DNA from: Fibrobacterales bacterium
GTDB lineage: Bacteria; Fibrobacterota; Fibrobacteria; Fibrobacterales; JAOPTW01
Length of the DNA: 64,000 bases
Direction of reading: 5' to 3'
Assembly: GCA_051532055.1 (NCBI GenBank)
Contig: JAOPTX010000003.1
Location: 167,356 to 231,355, forward strand
Position 1 is the stretch's first letter. Every line of letters starts with the position of its first letter. Shown piece by piece: positions 8,495-18,791 of the stretch. The notes under the pieces were generated by a model, which ran no database searches, was not told the DNA's origin, and saw only the letters and a program-made list of their open reading frames with translations. The translations under genes and the position numbers were made by a program.

Positions 8495-10744
8495 TCAAAT
8501 ACCCTTATGATACTGAATATGAGTCGTTGGCTTAATTGAGCCGTAGATATCATTGATAGCCGATGCGTCACCGGTAATAACCTTCCTAAAATTTTCAATG
8601 AGCACAGGGAGGGGTATGGAAATATTCGTCTGAGTATCTTTATAACGAAGATCAATCATAAAGCCAGAAAACGTATTTGGAAGGTCTGTGACAATATCGG
8701 TATTGAGATAATTATGAGCACTCAACACCGAATGATAATTTCCCTTTGATTTTTCAATGACAAAGGAGACCTCTTTGAGGTTGGTAATTGTAGCGTGCTT
8801 GGTACATGATGAAATACAGGTTCCATCAATCACCTGTTTCTCACACCCACTGACGGGGTGAAAAAGACAAAGCCTGCTGGTCATGAGTTGAATAGGATGA
8901 TAGATACTAAAGAAGAGATTAAAATCAGTGGGTTTAGTAAGGGAACTGATCTGTTTTTTATTCAACTCATTTGAGACAAAGGCACCCACACAATTGAACT
9001 GCTCCTTTAGGCATTGTAAGCTATAGGAGTTCACGCAATGAATATCGGGTCCCGCAACCCAAGGGATTCCAAGGCGATGCGCTTCAAAGCCGATACCGGT
9101 ATTATTCGTAACGATCAATTGAGGTTTTAATTGTTCTAACAGTGCTACCGCCTGAGTATACTCTTCATTGATGAGCACAGAAGGGAACCACGGAGTCAAG
9201 AAGTCATTTTTTTTAAAGAGATCAATATACTTGTCACAACCGTTACTCATAGAGTTGGGTAGTAGAAAATAGATTCTGTCACCCGAATCAGCGTAGAGCT
9301 TAACATCCTCCATTGAATCAATGAGTATTGACAGTTGGGGTGGGGGACTTTTCTCTTTGGTGGCGGTACGTACAACTGTTGGTAGAACAACAGGATCGAC
9401 GCTCTCTCTCTTGTCGTTTAACAGGTAGAGGAGCTCATTTTTTAATACGGTAATCTCTCTGAAGGGGAGAAATAGGTTGGGATGTAGTCCGGCGATATCC
9501 AGTTCTTCAAGTGAGTACTCGGTTTCTGCTATGGATTTAAATCGTGTGAGTAACACCTCTTTAGTCAAAGACTGTTTCACCGTCTCAACGAGTACGCTCG
9601 ACGACTCCAGAGTAAACGAGCGATTACCCGTTACAACTGTTACCTGTAGCTGTGTCCCTACATCACCCAAAACATTCAGTGTGAGAGGTGCTGGCTGAGC
9701 ACTCATTGAGGCAATCTGTCTCTCTATAGCTGTTGTACGGGTCTCTTTATGTGCATAAAACGCACGCACTCCAATCTCTTCGGCCTCTGGTGTCGCAAAC
9801 TTCTCTGTTTTAGAAAGGTGCTTCAACGAGTGATCGCGCGGGTTATCAATAAAGAGGTCACTGCTGATAGTACCGGACAGTAGATCACTGGTAAAATCCC
9901 GATTAAAAACGTTGTAGAGGTCACTATGGTCGTTACTTAAACATTGGTTATCATAGAATTTTTGGAGCTCCCTCCGCCAAGTATCCACCACCGTGTACAC
10001 ATACTCAAACTTCTTTATTCTACCCTCAATCTTAAATGAATCTACCCCGGCATTGGCCAATGCTTTGAGGTCAGAGAATAGAGAGGTATCTTTAATGTTG
10101 AGGGGGTAGCTATTTCCTTGTGCGGTGGTAGTGCAGGCATCTCTGCAGGGCTGACTACAGCGGCCTCGGTTTCCGGATTGGCCCCCATGAAGTGAGCTCA
10201 TAGTACAGAGACCAGAAAAAGAAATACAATTTGAACCGTGAACAAATACCTCTGTCAGTAATCCATGATCATGGGCGATACCCGTAAGGTGAGATACTTC
10301 ATCGAGGTTGAGTTCCCGTGATAGATTGACCCGAGTAGCATTGAGTTTAGCTATAAATGCAATTTGTCCGGCATTATGGGTGGTCACTTGAGTTGAGGCG
10401 TGTACTTTGAGGGTCTTAAAATGCTGAGATAGAATGTAGAATAGGCCGATATCCTGTACGATAATCCCGTCGATACTCGTATTAACCAGTCGGTTCAATA
10501 GCGTTATAAGAGAAGGAATTTCACTCTGGAGTATAAGTATATTGAGGGTGAGGAACACTTCACATTTATGAGAATGGGCAAGATGCAGAACGCCTTGTAA
10601 TTCATCAAAAGAGAGGTTTGTTGCACGGTTTCGTGCATTAAATGAACTCAGTCCACAATATACGGCATTCGCACCAGCTACAATAGCTGCTTTAATAGAA
10701 TCCAGGTCTCCACCAGGTGCCAGTAACTCAATTTCTCTCTTCAT
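8495..10744 (-). CDS. U32 family protein, long form with DUF3656-like C-terminal region (RlhA-like 23S rRNA hydroxylation family)
   Basis: ELLAPGGD, GANAVY, EVFVHGSNCISFSGLC, SGNRGRCSQPCR (Fe-S Cys motif), SFKIEGRIK. Confidence 0.88.
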   Translation of the reverse strand: MKREIELLAPGGDLDSIKAAIVAGANAVYCGLSSFNARNRATNLSFDELQGVLHLAHSHKCEVFLTLNILILQSEIPSLITLLNRLVNTSIDGIIVQDIGLFYILSQHFKTLKVHASTQVTTHNAGQIAFIAKLNATRVNLSRELNLDEVSHLTGIAHDHGLLTEVFVHGSNCISFSGLCTMSSLHGGQSGNRGRCSQPCRDACTTTAQGNSYPLNIKDTSLFSDLKALANAGVDSFKIEGRIKKFEYVYTVVDTWRRELQKFYDNQCLSNDHSDLYNVFNRDFTSDLLSGTISSDLFIDNPRDHSLKHLSKTEKFATPEAEEIGVRAFYAHKETRTTAIERQIASMSAQPAPLTLNVLGDVGTQLQVTVVTGNRSFTLESSSVLVETVKQSLTKEVLLTRFKSIAETEYSLEELDIAGLHPNLFLPFREITVLKNELLYLLNDKRESVDPVVLPTVVRTATKEKSPPPQLSILIDSMEDVKLYADSGDRIYFLLPNSMSNGCDKYIDLFKKNDFLTPWFPSVLINEEYTQAVALLEQLKPQLIVTNNTGIGFEAHRLGIPWVAGPDIHCVNSYSLQCLKEQFNCVGAFVSNELNKKQISSLTKPTDFNLFFSIYHPIQLMTSRLCLFHPVSGCEKQVIDGTCISSCTKHATITNLKEVSFVIEKSKGNYHSVLSAHNYLNTDIVTDLPNTFSGFMIDLRYKDTQTNISIPLPVLIENFRKVITGDASAINDIYGSIKPTTHIQYHKGI

Positions 10745-10821
10745 GATGGCAATTGTAGCATTTTGATTGATAATTGTGATGGGTTACCTGGGTAAGTACC
10801 CTTGTATTTCGTGAGTAACGC

Positions 10822-12558
10822 CTAAATACGAGCCTGATAGGTAAAGAGCTCATGATATCGGCCTTCCAAAGCGATAAGCTCGTCATGAGTACCGCGCTCA
10901 GCAACGGAGCCCCGCTCAATAACCAGGATTTGGTCCGCTTTGCGAATAGTACTCAACCGGTGAGCAATAACAAACGTTGTTCTCCCTTTCATCAATTCAG
11001 TTAAACTTTTCTGAATCATTGATTCACTTTCGGTATCAAGATTCGAGGTGGCCTCATCAAGGATCAGGATTTTCGGGTCCGCTAACAGTGCTCGAGCTAT
11101 GGCAATTCTTTGACGCTGACCTCCAGAAAGTTTCACTCCCCGTTCACCGATAACGGTTTCTAAGCCTTTTTCAAATCGGTCAGTAAATTCGTTCACATAG
11201 CCTGCTGCTACTGCTGCAAGAACTTCATCTTCACTGGCGTCAGGGCGAGGGAAACAGATGTTTTCTCGTATGGTACCTTCAAAGAGGAAGTCATCCTGTA
11301 AGACGACACCAAGGTGTTTCCGATAACTTTCGAGCGTGACCTTAGACAGATCAGTTCCGTCTATAGTTATGGTTCCGGTCTCTGGGTTTAGAAATGAAGA
11401 AACCAGACCTGCAATGGTACTCTTGCCTGATCCGGAAGAGCCAACAAGGGCAGTGACTGAGCCAGCTGGTGCTTCAAGTGAGACATTATTGAGCACTGTT
11501 TTCTCTTCGTGATAGTGAAAGGAAACATCATCAAATAGGACATCACCTTCAACTTTTCCGAGGGCAATAGTGCGGTGCTCTGAGTCATGCTCAGATTCAA
11601 AATTCATGAGTTCTTCGGTGCGATCAAGACCGGCAAAGCCTTCAGTAAGTTGACTCCCAATATTACTCATCTGAACAATGGGGGCTATGAGAAAGCCTAG
11701 ATAAATGGTGAAGGCAATAAAATCCCCAACGGTCAGTTCATTATGCATCATCATATAGCCTCCGATACCCATAATTCCAGCAGATGCGGTACCGAGGAGT
11801 AGGGCAGAGGAACTGGTGACAATTGCAGTGGAGGTCAAACTCTGCTTGATGTTATTGTAAAGGGCAAAGACCCCTTTCTCGAAGGTGAGGATTTCATGGG
11901 CTTCTGCATTAAACCCTTTTATGACTCTGATGCCGTTCAATGTTTCGGTGAGTCGACCAGTTACTTCTGCATTGATTTTACCGCGTTCCCGAAAGATTGG
12001 GCGGATAAACGCAAATGCCTTCATGGCGATAAATCCAAAGATTGCTATAGGTATCAAAATGTATGCAGTCATGGTAGGACTGATACTTATAAGGAGCCCC
12101 AATGATATTATTGAGGTTAAAGTACCCCCAACTAATTGGACGAGACCGGTGCCGACAAGGTTACGCACCCCTTCAACATCGGTCATTATGCGGGAGACGA
12201 GCTCGCCTGATTTACTATTGTCAAAAAAGTGAACAGGGAGACTCAGTACTTTTTGCTGAACCTTCACACGGAGTTGGGCTATAAGCCGCTGTGCTTCAAC
12301 GCTCAGTAAACGGGTGAGCAAAAAAGAGGTGATTGACTGAATGATAATAGCAGCGCCCACCCAGGTTATGATAGTGACGAGCTTTTCAAAGTCTTTCTGC
12401 ATAACCACTTCATCCATAAGGTATTTTGTGGCGCCGGGAAGTACGAGGCCGGCCAATCGACTAATAATGATGAGGATAAGCCCCACAAAAAGAAGCTTTC
12501 TTCTGGGCCAGATAATTGTTTTGAACACACTGCCGATACTTACCCGTTTATTACTCAT
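10822..12558 (-). CDS. ABC transporter ATP-binding/permease fusion (MsbA/Sav1866-type exporter)
   Basis: N-terminal TM domain; Walker A GSSGSGKST, signature LSGGQRQR, Walker B ILILDEATS, H-loop IAHRLST. Likely start ATG 12558 with gggagc RBS. Confidence 0.95.
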   Translation of the reverse strand: MSNKRVSIGSVFKTIIWPRRKLLFVGLILIIISRLAGLVLPGATKYLMDEVVMQKDFEKLVTIITWVGAAIIIQSITSFLLTRLLSVEAQRLIAQLRVKVQQKVLSLPVHFFDNSKSGELVSRIMTDVEGVRNLVGTGLVQLVGGTLTSIISLGLLISISPTMTAYILIPIAIFGFIAMKAFAFIRPIFRERGKINAEVTGRLTETLNGIRVIKGFNAEAHEILTFEKGVFALYNNIKQSLTSTAIVTSSSALLLGTASAGIMGIGGYMMMHNELTVGDFIAFTIYLGFLIAPIVQMSNIGSQLTEGFAGLDRTEELMNFESEHDSEHRTIALGKVEGDVLFDDVSFHYHEEKTVLNNVSLEAPAGSVTALVGSSGSGKSTIAGLVSSFLNPETGTITIDGTDLSKVTLESYRKHLGVVLQDDFLFEGTIRENICFPRPDASEDEVLAAVAAGYVNEFTDRFEKGLETVIGERGVKLSGGQRQRIAIARALLADPKILILDEATSNLDTESESMIQKSLTELMKGRTTFVIAHRLSTIRKADQILVIERGSVAERGTHDELIALEGRYHELFTYQARI

Positions 12559-12757
12559 ACTTGCTCCCAAAAGTTGTTATACACATAATAGTTGTTATGC
12601 CGTATCCTATGTAGCAAGTGTAACCCCAAGATGACGCTCTTTTGGATAATAATACAGTTTGTTACACTTTATGATGCCAACAGGTATGATGAACTGGTGG
12701 ATGGGGTATGAATGAGTAAGCACGCTTGATGCGTTAAATTCATGTTTGCCAGGTCTG

Positions 12758-12775
12758 AATTACAAATGTGTAATT
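12758..12775. promoter_or_regulatory. 7-4-7 palindrome in divergent intergenic region (possible TF site)
   Basis: aattaca-aatg-tgtaatt between the ABC transporter and the FISUMP lipoprotein. Confidence 0.3.
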
Positions 12776-12866
12776 TAAACTATTTGAGTGAATAAACAGA
12801 TGGTGGGCAGTACGATGAGCTGTGAAAATTTTACAATTGACCTAGACACATAAATAAGGCATTAAA

Positions 12867-15230
12867 ATGGTACAATATATTTTACGGTTAAGCTCCATCT
12901 CTATGTTAATAGCTCTCGGTGCATGTTCTGCTATTACCGATGCAACTTCAGGCGAAGAAGATGAAGAATCTGTAGTGGATATCGCGGTATCGAGCTCTCA
13001 AATCGTGCTCTCTTCGAGCGCGCTTAATGGGGGGAGTACTACACCAAGTTCTTCATCGATGAGTACTCCAGGTACAACCGTCGTCCACTCAATACCCACA
13101 GCTGTCGATCTTGCGATACGAGTGAATACCACTGAACACCATCTTATTGGATCGTTCACGTATCGTGATTCTGATGGTAAACAACAGGGAGAGAGTAAAA
13201 TCAAGTGGTTTCGTGACGGAATCCTGATTGACAGCTCAAATACTCTAGATAGCATCTACCGCGCTAATCGTGTGTTTTTGTATCCTCTTACTATGGTAGA
13301 TAGTAATGCTACCATAACGTTTGAGGTAACGCCTGCTGGCGTTTCACTTCCTGATAGTAGTATTGTTGTTGGGGTAATGGTTTCTACTACAACAATGGTG
13401 AGCTCAGGTTTTTCTGCTCCCACCGCATTAGTTACTCTTACGGGAAGCGCTCAAGAAGGGGATACTCTTGTTGCTGGGTATCGCTATAGGGATACAGAGA
13501 ATGATCCTGAAGGACAGTCCCTGCTACAATGGTATCGTGATTCTGTACCAATTGTTGATGCAACAGAGCTTTCATATAGGATAAGCAAAGCTGATAGTGG
13601 CAGTGTTATTTGGATAGAGGTGACACCGGTTGCCACACAAGGAAGTAATCTGGTCGGGGCTGTCGCTCGATCAACAAGCATGCACGTAAAAGGATTTAAC
13701 CCTCCCATTGCTCGAGGGGTTGTAGTAAATGGTGACATTAAACAAAACAGCATGTTGACTGTCGGCTATAATTTTTTTGATCCGGATGGCGACCTAGAGG
13801 CTGTGTCTCCTATACAATGGTATCGTGACTCCCTCGCAATAGATGGAGCGACTGATTCAAGTTATACTATTACCTATGCAGATAGCGGTAGAGCGATCAC
13901 AGTAGGAGTAACTCCAACGGCGGTTTCTGGTCATAATGCTATTGGGTATGAAGTGCGAGCCACTAAAAAATGGGTAACGAATACGTATCACTATCCTCAT
14001 ATTACGCTTATAGACGTTTCAAACAATAGCACACAGGATTCGACCCTAATAGGGAGTTATACCTATAATGATGGGGATGGTGATGAGGAAGGCCTTTCAA
14101 CATATCGGTGGCTCAGAGATGGGGTTGCTATTGATGGTGCAGTTGATACAGCCTATACTATAACGTATGCAGATAGTGGTGCCGTTTTGAGCTTTGAAGT
14201 GACGCCAGTGGCTCTGACGGGTCATAACCTCATAGGCAAAAGTTCGAAAAGCTCTATCAATGCAATCAGTGGATATAATGCTCCAGTGTTTCATGGGCTC
14301 GACTTGGCTGGCACTCCTCACCCTGGTGACACCCTCACAATGTCTTATAGTTATTATGATCATGATGGTGACGCTGAAGGTGTCTTTCAGTATCAATGGT
14401 TACTCAATAACGCACCCATAGCAGGGGCAGATAGTAACACGTATATTGTCAAAGTAAGTGACCTTACCAATGCACTCTCTCTGGTGGCTGTTCCGGTTGC
14501 TGCAACGGGAACTACGGTTACGGGGCTTCCCGATACTACGGATCAAGTGAATGCCGTGTTTATGAATCGCAGGGTTGCTGATTCATTAGTTGATACTCGT
14601 GATGGCACTACACAAAGCTACGATGTGGTGTTTATTGGCACCCAGATTTGGATGGCAGAGAATTTACGCTATCTTCCTGCTGTGAATAGTGTGACCGATG
14701 GGTCTGAAGATTATGTTTTCGATCCGTTTTATTATATCGATGGATACACTCTTTCAACGGTAAATGGTAATACCGAAGAGGAAAATGGCCGACTTGAATC
14801 AACCTTTACTAAAGGTGTATTGTATAACTGGTATGCCGCTGAGACTGCCTGTCCTACTGGTTGGAGAATACCAACAGAGAGTGACTGGGATCAATTAGGC
14901 GCATTTATTTCTGATGAAAAAACAGGGCTTCCAAAAAATGGGTCAGCATGGAAGGGAGTTGGTTACTACTTGAAAGCGAATAAGGGTTGGGCCTACTCTG
15001 GCTGGGGTAATGATACTTATAAGTTTACGGGAAATGCAGCGAGTTATCGTGATACAACAAAAACATTTGTACAGTATTCTACCAAGGCTCATTGGTGGAC
15101 CGCTGAAGAGGAAAGTTTGCACGTTGGTAAAGTACAATTAATGAGCTATGCTTCGCAAGACCTGTACTCATCGGTCCTTGATAAATCGGTAGGGACATCG
15201 GTTCGATGCCTGAGTGATGATTCTCTATAA
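12867..15230 (+). CDS. Lipoprotein: Ser-rich linker, about five Ig-like repeats, C-terminal FISUMP (Fib_succ_major) domain
   Basis: Lipobox ALGA-C; repeats Y.Y.D.DGD.EG.S..QW.RD...I.GA...Y.I...DSG..I..EVTP; FISUMP motifs DTRDG, IGTQIWMAENL, GVLYNW, CPTGWRIP, SVRCL. Confidence 0.88.
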   Translation: MVQYILRLSSISMLIALGACSAITDATSGEEDEESVVDIAVSSSQIVLSSSALNGGSTTPSSSSMSTPGTTVVHSIPTAVDLAIRVNTTEHHLIGSFTYRDSDGKQQGESKIKWFRDGILIDSSNTLDSIYRANRVFLYPLTMVDSNATITFEVTPAGVSLPDSSIVVGVMVSTTTMVSSGFSAPTALVTLTGSAQEGDTLVAGYRYRDTENDPEGQSLLQWYRDSVPIVDATELSYRISKADSGSVIWIEVTPVATQGSNLVGAVARSTSMHVKGFNPPIARGVVVNGDIKQNSMLTVGYNFFDPDGDLEAVSPIQWYRDSLAIDGATDSSYTITYADSGRAITVGVTPTAVSGHNAIGYEVRATKKWVTNTYHYPHITLIDVSNNSTQDSTLIGSYTYNDGDGDEEGLSTYRWLRDGVAIDGAVDTAYTITYADSGAVLSFEVTPVALTGHNLIGKSSKSSINAISGYNAPVFHGLDLAGTPHPGDTLTMSYSYYDHDGDAEGVFQYQWLLNNAPIAGADSNTYIVKVSDLTNALSLVAVPVAATGTTVTGLPDTTDQVNAVFMNRRVADSLVDTRDGTTQSYDVVFIGTQIWMAENLRYLPAVNSVTDGSEDYVFDPFYYIDGYTLSTVNGNTEEENGRLESTFTKGVLYNWYAAETACPTGWRIPTESDWDQLGAFISDEKTGLPKNGSAWKGVGYYLKANKGWAYSGWGNDTYKFTGNAASYRDTTKTFVQYSTKAHWWTAEEESLHVGKVQLMSYASQDLYSSVLDKSVGTSVRCLSDDSL

Positions 15231-15245
15231 TTAAACGTTAACAAT

Positions 15246-15318
15246 GATCTATCCTCGACCGGGTTTATTACTTGGTTGAGGGTAGATCTATTTACTGTGG
15301 GAGAAGTCTTTCTCTCAC
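15246..15318. terminator. Two hairpins between convergent genes
   Basis: gatctatcctcgacc...ggttgagggtagatc (15246-15288) and gtgggagaa-gtct-ttctctcac (15297-15318). Confidence 0.6.
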
Positions 15319-15335
15319 TTATCTAAGATGCAGTA

Positions 15336-16703
15336 TTACCCTAAAAGCCATTTAAGTACTTTTAACTTTGTTTTTGTATAAGGAGCATATTTTAAGGGGA
15401 ATTCAAACCAAGTAGGCTTATGTAATATACCCTTATAATGGGTGAAAGTATCAAAACCAAATTTTCCATGATAACTGCCCATACCACTTGTTCCTACTCC
15501 GCCAAAGGGGAGGTTGTTGTTGGCAAGGTGGTGTATACTTTCATTAATAGCACCCCCACCAAATGAAACGCGATGTACTATAGTGTTAATGGCCTTCTTA
15601 TTATTTGAGTACACATAGCAGGAGAGTGCTTTTGGCTTTGCGTTGACCTGAGCAATGGTAGCATCCAGGTCAGAAAAACTGATAATAGGGAGAATCGGTC
15701 CGAAAATTTCATCTTTCATTATGTCGTGATCAAAGGTAATGTTAGTTAGGATAGTAGGGCTAATGAAGCGGTTCTCTGTATCGGTGTGGCCACCACAATA
15801 GAGGTGGTTTGAATCAATCAACCCTTGTAATCGCTTAAAATGTGAATCGTTGATTATTTGTACAGAGTTCTCATTCTGTTGATCAGGCGTGTAATAGGTG
15901 TCAAATTCAGCTTTGAGTGCAATAAGAAATGTTTCTTCAATGGCCTTATCGACTACAATATAGTCCGGGGCAACACAGCTTTGGCCGCTGTTTATTAATT
16001 TTGCCCATGCAATTCGTTTTGCTGATATCGCTATATCTGCGTCTGCAAGCACAAAGGTTGGACTCTTACCACCCAGTTCAAGAGTGACCGGTGTGAGGTG
16101 TTTTGCTGCGGCCTGATAGACAATTTTTCCTACCTGAGTACTGCCCGTAAAGAATATTTTATCAAACCTCTGAGTTAATAACTCGGTTGTCGTATGTACA
16201 TCGCCTTCTACCACATGAAAATAGTTGCTGGGGAAGGTGTTGTTGATGAGGCGAGCCATTATATTTGATGTTCTGGTGGGGAGTTCACTGGGCTTGAGTA
16301 TGACGGTGTTGCCAGCGCCAATTGCTGATATTGCGGGTAGCAACGAGAGGGCATAGGGGTAGTTCCATGCGCCAATGATGAGTGTAGTACCGAGGGGTTC
16401 CGGCATAATGTAACTTCGGGCTGGAAGATTAGCGAGGTTAGTAGGTACCCGTTTCTTAGTATTCCATTTTTTTATGCGCTTGATAAAGGTATGGATCTCA
16501 TGATATATCTGAGAGATCTCTGCTATGTAGGTTTCAAACTCAGATTTACCAAAATCAGCATAAATAGCTTCATAGAGCTCTGTTTCATTCTCTTCAAGCA
16601 TTTTTTTTAATGCGCGCAATTGTTTAATTCTAAAGGGTATTTCTTTTGTTGTGTGAGTACCAAAGAAATCTCTTTGAGTGCTAATAAGCTCTGTTACGTT
16701 CAT
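15336..16703 (-). CDS. Aldehyde dehydrogenase (ALDH3/fatty-aldehyde type)
   Basis: IGAWNYP, LKPSE, FFTGST, TLELGGKSP, catalytic NSGQSCVAPD, EIFGP, PFGGVGTSGMG. Confidence 0.95.
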   Translation of the reverse strand: MNVTELISTQRDFFGTHTTKEIPFRIKQLRALKKMLEENETELYEAIYADFGKSEFETYIAEISQIYHEIHTFIKRIKKWNTKKRVPTNLANLPARSYIMPEPLGTTLIIGAWNYPYALSLLPAISAIGAGNTVILKPSELPTRTSNIMARLINNTFPSNYFHVVEGDVHTTTELLTQRFDKIFFTGSTQVGKIVYQAAAKHLTPVTLELGGKSPTFVLADADIAISAKRIAWAKLINSGQSCVAPDYIVVDKAIEETFLIALKAEFDTYYTPDQQNENSVQIINDSHFKRLQGLIDSNHLYCGGHTDTENRFISPTILTNITFDHDIMKDEIFGPILPIISFSDLDATIAQVNAKPKALSCYVYSNNKKAINTIVHRVSFGGGAINESIHHLANNNLPFGGVGTSGMGSYHGKFGFDTFTHYKGILHKPTWFEFPLKYAPYTKTKLKVLKWLLG

Positions 16704-16932
16704 GAGTATACTTTTTTATCAAGGCTGTTATAGAGCGAAAGTAGTAAGATTCCTGTGGCATGTCAGATATTATACCTTCAAAATTGATGGTATCCCTTTC
16801 ATTTAAAATTCTTGCGTTAGAGGGCAGGTGCTGATTGCATCCTCTTTTTGGTATATGGATTTCGTCTATACTGGTCACTTCTGAAAAAGATATTTTACCT
16901 TTAACCCAAAAGAATATTAGGTATATGTAGAT

Positions 16933-17277
16933 ATGATTAAACAAGAGACGATGGATGCAATATTAAAATTCAGAAACGATCGTGATTGGGAACAATTTCA
17001 CACGATTAAAGATCAATGCCTCGGGTTGGGAATTGAGGTGGCTGAATTACAAGAGCTATTCCTCTGGAAGAACAAGGAAGAATTATCTGATACAATAGAA
17101 AACAAAGCTGAAGCCATTAGTGATGAGTTGGCTGATATTTTTGTCTATTTAGCCTATATAAGCAATGATTTAGGGATTGATCTCAATGACGCTGTGAAAC
17201 GAAAAATGGATAAAAACAGCAAAAAATACCCTGTTGATAAAGCGAGAGGGTCCAATAAGAAGTATAATGAACTGTAA
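16933..17277 (+). CDS. MazG-like nucleotide pyrophosphohydrolase (dCTP pyrophosphatase-like)
   Basis: FRNDRDWEQFH, EVAELQELFLW, DELAD, KMDKNSKKYPVDKARG. Confidence 0.9.
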   Translation: MIKQETMDAILKFRNDRDWEQFHTIKDQCLGLGIEVAELQELFLWKNKEELSDTIENKAEAISDELADIFVYLAYISNDLGIDLNDAVKRKMDKNSKKYPVDKARGSNKKYNEL

Positions 17278-17423
17278 TAGAGGCCTCACTCGCTGTTCTA
17301 TACCTAGAATGGCCTTTAAAAAAGCGATTTCATCTAGAATATTTTATCTTTGATACCGTTCTGCATACTGAAGCATACAGTGGTAGCAGTGTACATAATC
17401 AAGATATGCAACTACGGTACATT

Positions 17424-18380
17424 ATGGCTTTACAAAAAAAACAACAAGAAAAAGCAAGACTCCATTCTCGAAATAAAAACCGAGAAAACTATGATTTAAA
17501 CGCATTAATTACTGCTGTTCCTGAACTGGCACAGTTTATAATACCAAATAAATTTGGGGTAAAATCAGTTGATTTTGCAAATCCAGTTGCAGTTAAGCTT
17601 TTGAACCAAGCATTACTTAAATATTATTATGGCATAAAGAACTGGGATTTCCCTGATGAAAATTTGTGCCCACCAATACCAGGCAGAGCTGATTATATTC
17701 ATCATGTTGCTGATTTACTCGGCGAAAAAAATGGGGGGAGTATTCCAACAGGTAATGCAATCACGTGCCTTGATGTTGGAGTAGGGGCAAGTTGTATTTA
17801 CCCTATTATTGGTGCTACTGAATATAAGTGGAATTTTATTGGGTCTGACACTAATCCAAGGTCTGTTGCGTCAGCCCAAAAAATTGTGCAATCAAACGCA
17901 TCAATAAAAGATAAGATTCAATGCCGATTACAAGATAATCAACGCAACTTTTTTCATGGCATAATAAGTAAATTTGATTCCATAGATATGGTGGTCTGTA
18001 ATCCTCCTTTTCATTCTTCTATTGAAGAAGCGCAGAAAGGGACACGAAGAAAAGTTCATAATTTGTCGGGCAGAAAAGAAGTCATGCCTGAGCGCAACTT
18101 TTCTGGATTAAGCAGTGAACTTATTTATGCAGGTGGCGAATATAAATTCGTTAAAAACATGATTGGAGAAAGTGAAAAGTTCTCTACAAACTGTTATTGG
18201 TTTTCGACCTTAGTATCTAAGCAGTCAAACCTGAAAGGATTCTATAAATTACTTGATAGAGTAGGGGCTGTTCAGGTCAAAACGATCCCTATGGGTACGG
18301 GTAATAAATCGAGCCGCATCGTAGCATGGTCATTCCTTTCTGAAGATGAACAGGCAGAGTGGCGTAGAGCAAACTGGTAA
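17424..18380 (+). CDS. rlmF: 23S rRNA (adenine1618-N6)-methyltransferase
   Basis: LHSRNK, LCPPIPGRADYIH, LDVGVGASCIYP, CNPPF, GGE..F, WFSTLVSK, MGTGNKSSRIVAWSF. Start 17406 or 17424. Confidence 0.93.
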   Translation: MALQKKQQEKARLHSRNKNRENYDLNALITAVPELAQFIIPNKFGVKSVDFANPVAVKLLNQALLKYYYGIKNWDFPDENLCPPIPGRADYIHHVADLLGEKNGGSIPTGNAITCLDVGVGASCIYPIIGATEYKWNFIGSDTNPRSVASAQKIVQSNASIKDKIQCRLQDNQRNFFHGIISKFDSIDMVVCNPPFHSSIEEAQKGTRRKVHNLSGRKEVMPERNFSGLSSELIYAGGEYKFVKNMIGESEKFSTNCYWFSTLVSKQSNLKGFYKLLDRVGAVQVKTIPMGTGNKSSRIVAWSFLSEDEQAEWRRANW

Positions 18381-18791
18381 GTAGCCTTTCGGCAGTATAG
18401 CCTTTTCAATGTTCATTCAATAGTTTAAGACTGTTACCCCTTATTTTCAATGGCGTAGCTGTCTTAAGCTTTCCTTTACACAATTGCATATTAAGCAACC
18501 TCTATCATCATATTCCGTTGGATTGTATCCACCGGTATCGGTATCGTGCGTATATAGATGAGAATTAAGTCTTCTACTCATGCTTACTTAAAGTAAATAA
18601 ATATAAGATTGTCGTCCAGGGTGTGTTCTAGGTGGCTTTATCCTCGTTATTCACTTATATTGCCCAAATTGGATGATAATAATGTAGGTGAAAATAGCTA
18701 TAGCTTACTAATAGTAATGATAAAAATACCTAACTTTAGTTTTTTATGTCGTATATTTAAACATGAACTATTTGGATTGGGAAATCTAGTT

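Noticed and set aside
16933..17277. MazG-like gene as part of an anti-phage system
   Set aside because: No adjacent defence partner; the neighbours are ALDH and rlmF, so a house-cleaning role is the simpler reading.
18609..18791. N-terminal extension of the double-FISUMP ORF (similarly 21519, 27950, 33640, 55884, 59729)
   Set aside because: Downstream starts place the signal peptide or domain at the N-terminus, so the longer ORF-track starts are probably not used.
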